Origin: a virus
Virus record (IMG/VR): IMGVR_UViG_3300020045_020105
Location: 29,247-93,246 of that record
Reading direction: 5' to 3' (one strand)
Length of the DNA stretch: 64,000 nucleotides
Shown: piece after piece, positions 58,825-64,000 of the stretch
Layout of the letters: each line of letters begins with the position of its first letter
Position numbering within the stretch: position 1 is the stretch's first letter
Made by a program: the position numbers and the translations under genes
The notes under the pieces: model-generated
Seen by the model: only the letters and a program-made list of their open reading frames with translations
Database searches by the model: none
What the model was told of the DNA's origin: nothing

Positions 58825-59708
58825 GAACTCGCACAACAGGGAGAACTATCCCAGGAATAAAGTATTCTGCCGGCATAGGTTACTTAATAATTCCTAAAGA
58901 TATCGATAGGGATACTTATATTTTGAATGCTTTTAGGACTGGAAGGGTCTTAATGTTAACTGATAACGGAGAGCAAAGCGAGAATGTTAAAGTATCAAAA
59001 TCAGCAATGAATGATCTCGAATTTCCTACAGAAGTAGATGGATTAGGTTCACTAGTTGTTTGGGTACTTCACCCTCTAAAGAAAATCCCTATTATTGCAG
59101 GGGTAATAAATGGGGGGGACGAGACTTCTTCTTTAGCTGAAGGAGGGTTTAATTTTACCAAAACATTAAATGATTGTTTAGTTTCAATTCAAGGAAATGC
59201 AAAAAATAAATCAATTTCAATAAATCTAGAGGGAGAAGGTGGGGTAATCTCTATTTTAAGCCTTGGAAAAGGGGGTACTTTACGTTTGTCCTCAGATAAT
59301 ATTAAAACCCAATCACTTGAAAAATATGAATTAGATGGTAAAAACACCAAGGTATTTAGTGAAAGCTCAGAACAAATAAAAACAAGTGAGGGAGATATCT
59401 TACTAGAGATTATTAAAAATAAGGATTTAGTAACAATTACCAAAGGAAAAACAAAATTAGATATTCGAGATAACTATATTCTCATTGAAAAAGAAGAAGG
59501 AAGTATAAAGGTATCTGAGAATATAGAGATTATATCTAAGGAAGGTATTTTATTTAAATCCGCTTCTGGAACATTACTTTCTGCAATAGATGACCTCCTA
59601 GATGAAATTTCCAAAATAACAACAGTAACTGCTTTAGGCACTCAGCCTATTTTAAATGCGATACAATTCCAAACATTGAAAACTAAATTCTCCAAAATCC
59701 TTAAATAA
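58821..59708 (+). CDS. baseplate spike/puncturing protein-like
   Basis: OB-like N-terminus, beta-repeat C-terminus, T..GTQPILN...F end. Confidence 0.6.
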   Translation: MRTRTTGRTIPGIKYSAGIGYLIIPKDIDRDTYILNAFRTGRVLMLTDNGEQSENVKVSKSAMNDLEFPTEVDGLGSLVVWVLHPLKKIPIIAGVINGGDETSSLAEGGFNFTKTLNDCLVSIQGNAKNKSISINLEGEGGVISILSLGKGGTLRLSSDNIKTQSLEKYELDGKNTKVFSESSEQIKTSEGDILLEIIKNKDLVTITKGKTKLDIRDNYILIEKEEGSIKVSENIEIISKEGILFKSASGTLLSAIDDLLDEISKITTVTALGTQPILNAIQFQTLKTKFSKILK

Positions 59709-59723
59709 GAATTTTGAGTTTTC

Positions 59724-59754
59724 TTGGAGAATTTAAGGATTTTTCTTAATATTG
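59724..59754 (+). promoter_or_regulatory. class II promoter
   Basis: TTGGAGAATTTAAGGATTTTTCTTAATATTG. Confidence 0.7.
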
Positions 59755-59760
59755 CATTAT

Positions 59761-60495
59761 ATGGAATCCGAATCAGCAAAATTTAAGAGATTATTTAATT
59801 CAATAGGAAAGGTAGGGTTAAATGCTCTATTTCCTAATGATTTTGAACTTTATATGTTCTCTTTGGAATTGGTGAATTCTGATGGTGATACTGAAGAATT
59901 TTTAACCTTTCCAGTAATGCCCTCATCCTTAAAATATAGTAAAAATTTCGTAAATAACAATATTATTACAGCGGGAGGGGTAGTTAGTTTAACATCTTCT
60001 ATCTTTATCCCAACCTTAACAACTCTTTCAGGTAATTTTGGGCGGAAATTGGCTCTATCTTTTGGTACAACAAGAATAAGTTCAGTAGCCTTTCACTTGT
60101 CTCTAAGAGCAGGAAATTTGGTCCATTATGGGGAAAAGGTTAAATTAAGAACATCTACATTTTCTCCAATTGTAAAAACAGGATTTGGAGCTGTAAAGAT
60201 ACTTGAAGGGATTTGTGATAAATCAGATACCTTAGACTCTAAAGGTAAACCATATACCCTGTATGCTTATAATCCAGCCTCAGGACATAATTACATTTGT
60301 AAAGTTAAAAGCTTCTCTATGAGACAAGGAGAAGAAACAAATATGATCTGGGATTATGATTTAACTCTTGAAAATATTGGAAGGATTGATTCTATAAAAG
60401 CAGCAAAAAATATTTTAAGAGCAGCTTCAATGAGTATAATATCAAATGAAGTTAATGCTCTTGCGGGAGATGTAAGGGAATTATTAACCTCTTAA
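59761..60495 (+). CDS. baseplate/tube initiator protein
   Basis: FPVMPSSL, LSGNFG, W.YDLTL; synteny. Confidence 0.6.
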   Translation: MESESAKFKRLFNSIGKVGLNALFPNDFELYMFSLELVNSDGDTEEFLTFPVMPSSLKYSKNFVNNNIITAGGVVSLTSSIFIPTLTTLSGNFGRKLALSFGTTRISSVAFHLSLRAGNLVHYGEKVKLRTSTFSPIVKTGFGAVKILEGICDKSDTLDSKGKPYTLYAYNPASGHNYICKVKSFSMRQGEETNMIWDYDLTLENIGRIDSIKAAKNILRAASMSIISNEVNALAGDVRELLTS

Positions 60496-60505
60496 TTCTA
60501 TAAGG

Positions 60506-61423
60506 ATGTTCGAATTGTATTTTGATATTATTTTACATACTTATAAGAAAGATCTTAGAATTTTCTTACAGGATTTCTATAATTTTACCCAAGCAGATTA
60601 CCCCCATATTGTTAATTATTATTTAGGAATAGAATCTTTGAAAGAGTCCTCATTCAAAGAATTGGAAAGGTTACTTCTTGAATGTAGTGAGATTAAACAA
60701 CTTTTAGTTCAAGGTAGAAATTTATTTTTAGGTTCAGCTTATTGGGAGTTGCTTGATAATATTGAGGACATTAACACAAAACTCATTATTATTTCTAAGA
60801 TATATATATATTTAAGAACCTCTAAAGAAAAATCTCTATATAAACAAAATTTAGGAGAATTGGTTTTAGTTCAAAATGCAACACTTGAAAGTACAATTCA
60901 AAATAAATTAGGAGATATAGATTCTCAAAACACCTGGGTTCAAACTGCTTTAAATAATCAACTATCTGAAGAAGATTACACAACAGAAGGAGGGGTTATT
61001 TTTAAAGTTGATTTAAATACTACTTCCACATCAACTCAAATTAATGATGTTGTCGGAGATTTAACTGGTGAATTATTGAAGGGATCAGATATAAATAAAA
61101 CAATTACTTTTACAAATGATGATCTAGAAGTATTAAGTAATAGAGATACCTCAACCCAAGCAGTAGAAATACTATCTTCCTTAAGACAAGGGGATAATCC
61201 AGAATACCCAACCAATGGAATAAAATCCAGCTTCATAGGTTCATCAATAAATAGCTTAGGTTATCCTATGTTATTTAAGCAAATTACTGCTACATTTTCT
61301 AATGATGATACTCTTTCAACTGTATCTATAAAAGACCTATATTTAGAAGGAGGAAATCTAATACTAAGTCTAGAAATAGAAACAAAGAATAAAGAAATTT
61401 TACAAACACAACTCTCACTATAA
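60506..61423 (+). CDS. baseplate wedge protein (gp25-like C-terminus)
   Basis: G.D....F...DL......Q....L.....G..PEYP..GI; synteny. Confidence 0.6.
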   Translation: MFELYFDIILHTYKKDLRIFLQDFYNFTQADYPHIVNYYLGIESLKESSFKELERLLLECSEIKQLLVQGRNLFLGSAYWELLDNIEDINTKLIIISKIYIYLRTSKEKSLYKQNLGELVLVQNATLESTIQNKLGDIDSQNTWVQTALNNQLSEEDYTTEGGVIFKVDLNTTSTSTQINDVVGDLTGELLKGSDINKTITFTNDDLEVLSNRDTSTQAVEILSSLRQGDNPEYPTNGIKSSFIGSSINSLGYPMLFKQITATFSNDDTLSTVSIKDLYLEGGNLILSLEIETKNKEILQTQLSL

Positions 61424-61427
61424 TACT

Positions 61428-62588
61428 ATGTTAATTACCCTAATAACATTAGAAGAGTTAAAAGAAGCTATTCTAGAAGAGTTTCTAAATAACACAAGTA
61501 AGGTAACTAAGGTATCTCAAGACTCAGTCTTAATGGGGATTATTTTTGGTACAGCAAAAGTAGCTCAAAAAGCTATGAAGGAACTTGCTATTGCAGAAAG
61601 TCATTTTTTACCAGATGAAGCATTTGGAGCTCATCTAGATCAAATTGCTGAAGATAGAGGCATAGCACCAAGACAGGGAGCCTCCAAAAGCTCTACTTCT
61701 ATCATAGTTAGTGGAGATGAAGGAACTACTTATACTCAAGGAGTAAATACAGTGGTAGGAAACAATGGAATTGTCTTTGATCTTGAAGAAACTGTCGTAC
61801 TAGGTCCTCTAAAATGGGCTTATGTAAAAATAAGAAGCCAAGTTGAAGGAGTTATTGCAAACATAGCACCAAATTCTCTAAAGAGAATATCCCCTATCCC
61901 AATAGGGCACATTGCCTTAACAAATGAGTTTGGAGCTTCTGGAGGAAGAGATATTGAACAAGATGATCACTTGAAGAAAAGAATAAAGGAGAGTATTAAT
62001 TTATTAGCTCAAGATACTCTAAGTAAAATAGAAAATGTCCTTCAATCACAAAACTCAGATATTTTAAAAGTATATCATCAAGGTAGAAATGCTCTAGGCG
62101 ATATTATTTTAGGAATAGCAACCCAAAATGGAGTTAACCTTACAGAAGAAGAACTAGGTACACTATTAATTTATCTTATTCCTTATTTAGGAATATCAAG
62201 CTTAAATTACAATTTTTACGGTGAACAGGGAATTATACTTCAAAATATTATCTACACTCCAATTGATTTAGATTTCAGAATAAGTATTGCACCAGGATAT
62301 TCACCAGATACAATTCGTCAAGAAATTCAAACCAAACTAAATAAATTAATTGATTATAGATATTGGGATGAAGCAGTAGGGTTAGTTGAGTGGGATGACA
62401 TTTTGGCTACAATAAAATCTATTGAAGGAGTTAAATATGTTCCAGACCAATATTTAACACCAAATTATGATATTAAAATCCCTGTAAATACCTTACCTAG
62501 GTTTAGAGGATTTTTAATGAGAGATTTAGATGGTGTCTTGATCCTTAGTTCAAATTCATTATTTCAAATATATTATCCTAGCATATAA
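61428..62588 (+). CDS. baseplate J-like protein
   Basis: A.G.HLD.IA..RGI.PR, G...NI, N.....GG.DIE.DD.LKKRI, I.SIEGV..V. Confidence 0.88.
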   Translation: MLITLITLEELKEAILEEFLNNTSKVTKVSQDSVLMGIIFGTAKVAQKAMKELAIAESHFLPDEAFGAHLDQIAEDRGIAPRQGASKSSTSIIVSGDEGTTYTQGVNTVVGNNGIVFDLEETVVLGPLKWAYVKIRSQVEGVIANIAPNSLKRISPIPIGHIALTNEFGASGGRDIEQDDHLKKRIKESINLLAQDTLSKIENVLQSQNSDILKVYHQGRNALGDIILGIATQNGVNLTEEELGTLLIYLIPYLGISSLNYNFYGEQGIILQNIIYTPIDLDFRISIAPGYSPDTIRQEIQTKLNKLIDYRYWDEAVGLVEWDDILATIKSIEGVKYVPDQYLTPNYDIKIPVNTLPRFRGFLMRDLDGVLILSSNSLFQIYYPSI

Positions 62589-63304
62589 TGTTAGTAAAAA
62601 ATTTAGACAATACTAAAATATTAGCTTTTTCAGACAAAGCACCGGCTGATATTTCCTTTATTTGGTATAATCTAAATAATGGTAAAAAGTACTTCTATAA
62701 CCTAAATACCAATTTATGGGAAGAAGTGCTTTTATCACAAAAAGGAGTATTTCTACCATTTTTAACAACAAAACAAAAAGTAAGTAATGGAAATGCTATA
62801 TTTTTTCCTTTTGATAATGAAGGAGAAGTAAAAGACCAAAAAGTTGCTCTATTATCTGTTGAAGGAGGTTCAAGTTCAATTCCTGGATTCTTACAAGAAG
62901 AATATTTTATAATCTCTATTTTAGAAGATGGAAGATATGTAATTAAAAATAAATATGCTACAGAAGATCAAGAGGGACTTGTAAAAAAAGCAACAGATGA
63001 GGAAGTTTTAATTGGTAAAGAAAATACTAAATATATAACCCCATTCCAATTATTTGAGTTTTATAAACCAGCAAAAATAGAATTCTCAAATACTTCAACC
63101 CCATTAATAGAAAATTATGAGGAGTTGTATTTAGAACTTTATTCTAATTATCCTAGCGTTCAACTATTAACCTATTCAGGAGATGATCAAGAATGGGAGC
63201 ATAAGCAAACAGAACCAACTTGGCATAGAGTAGATGGAATCTTACAAAGTATAACTTTTGATTTACCAGATTTATATAGTGGATATATATTACTAAAACG
63301 ATGA
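62588..63304 (+). CDS. tail fibre or fibre-adaptor protein
   Basis: ATEDQEGLVKKATDEEV..G....YITP.QL, a T4 gp34/gp12-type fibre repeat. Confidence 0.6.
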   Translation: MLVKNLDNTKILAFSDKAPADISFIWYNLNNGKKYFYNLNTNLWEEVLLSQKGVFLPFLTTKQKVSNGNAIFFPFDNEGEVKDQKVALLSVEGGSSSIPGFLQEEYFIISILEDGRYVIKNKYATEDQEGLVKKATDEEVLIGKENTKYITPFQLFEFYKPAKIEFSNTSTPLIENYEELYLELYSNYPSVQLLTYSGDDQEWEHKQTEPTWHRVDGILQSITFDLPDLYSGYILLKR

Positions 63305-64000
63305 AAAAAATACTCGCTTCTATATTATTACTCTTCTCTATTTTAACAAATGGACAAGATATAAAACCAATAGACCCTATTAATTTTAGAGCTATTCAGA
63401 GTGCTTCTTTTAGTGTATATGCAATTGATAGTTCTATCTGGCTTTATAAGGGAATGGCTTTTTCCCCTAATCAGTGGATTAAACTTGCAACAGATGCACA
63501 TTTAAGAAGATACTATGTTCCTTACGATAATGCTAATAGAGATGTTAACCTAAACACTCACTCAGTTGCTACTTCAGGAATAAAGTTAAATACCGTTAAC
63601 CCATTGGTAGTAATCAACTCAGGAGAGATTGGGTGGAATGCTCATGATATGACCGTGAATTTAAAAACACCAAATACTATAATACAATTAAGTCAAGAAC
63701 AAACCTTTCCAGTAAAGAATATTACTGGCTCAACTCTGCTAAATGGCAGATTAGTTAGGATGACTGGACATGATTCAGTAAATGATTACTATATAGTAGA
63801 ATATGCAGACAATTCAACAGAACAATCAGCACTTGCAGATTTTATGTTGTCGTCAGATATATTGAATGGAGAGATGGGTCTTGCAACGAAAACAGGTATA
63901 GTTCATGAACTAAATACTATTGGCGGAACATCTCAAAATCCAGTATATTTGGGGACTTCTGGACTATATACTTTTTTAAAACCAGAATATCCAGCAAAAG
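63301..64000 (+). CDS. fibre-like protein with signal peptide, 3'-partial (not in ORF track)
   Basis: MKKILASILLLFSILTNG|QDIKP...; YVPYDNANRDVNL and VKNITGSTLLNG...DI.NG..G.AT..GIV..LNT fibre motifs; open to the window end. Confidence 0.8.
   Translation, partial: MKKILASILLLFSILTNGQDIKPIDPINFRAIQSASFSVYAIDSSIWLYKGMAFSPNQWIKLATDAHLRRYYVPYDNANRDVNLNTHSVATSGIKLNTVNPLVVINSGEIGWNAHDMTVNLKTPNTIIQLSQEQTFPVKNITGSTLLNGRLVRMTGHDSVNDYYIVEYADNSTEQSALADFMLSSDILNGEMGLATKTGIVHELNTIGGTSQNPVYLGTSGLYTFLKPEYPAK

Noticed and set aside
1813-61236. minus-strand and nested alternative-frame ORFs in the track
   Set aside because: all are short shadows of well-supported + strand genes and have no recognisable motifs
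1-64000. alternative genetic code (stop-codon reassignment)
   Set aside because: long conserved genes are uninterrupted in code 11, and TAA, TAG and TGA all end genes at sensible boundaries

Overview
AT-rich 64 kb segment of a large lytic myovirus. Essentially all genes lie on the + strand in the standard genetic code. The host is very probably Bacteroidota: there are TAnnTTTG -7 promoter boxes, no Shine-Dalgarno sequences, and signal peptides cleaved before Gln. Region 1-31 kb holds recombination/replication genes (gp32-type SSB, Mre11/Rad50 pair, RecA with a TPR-like tail, RuvC-like and EndoVII nucleases, RNase H, UvrD helicase), nucleotide genes (dUTPase, ThyA, MazG-like), an ECF sigma factor, an agmatine deiminase and many small accessory ORFs. 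Region 31-64 kb is a Herelleviridae/SPO1-like morphogenesis module: portal, gpF, prohead protease, major capsid, neck, sheath, tube, chaperones, tape measure, baseplate and fibres. Most notable observations: (1) fibre/spike-type proteins carrying Sec signal peptides; (2) two promoter classes built on the host -7 box, one with phased 10-bp TTAAC arrays and one with GAAT-N6-ATTY dyads; (3) a free-standing, apparently inactive intein/LAGLIDADG protein; (4) a tRNA-like element with a 25-nt hairpin in the anticodon loop; (5) a Nudix enzyme and other head-region proteins with capsid-like protease leader motifs; (6) a conserved AGATHGTTATG motif at early-gene start codons. All family assignments come from motif recognition by eye; no database searches were run.
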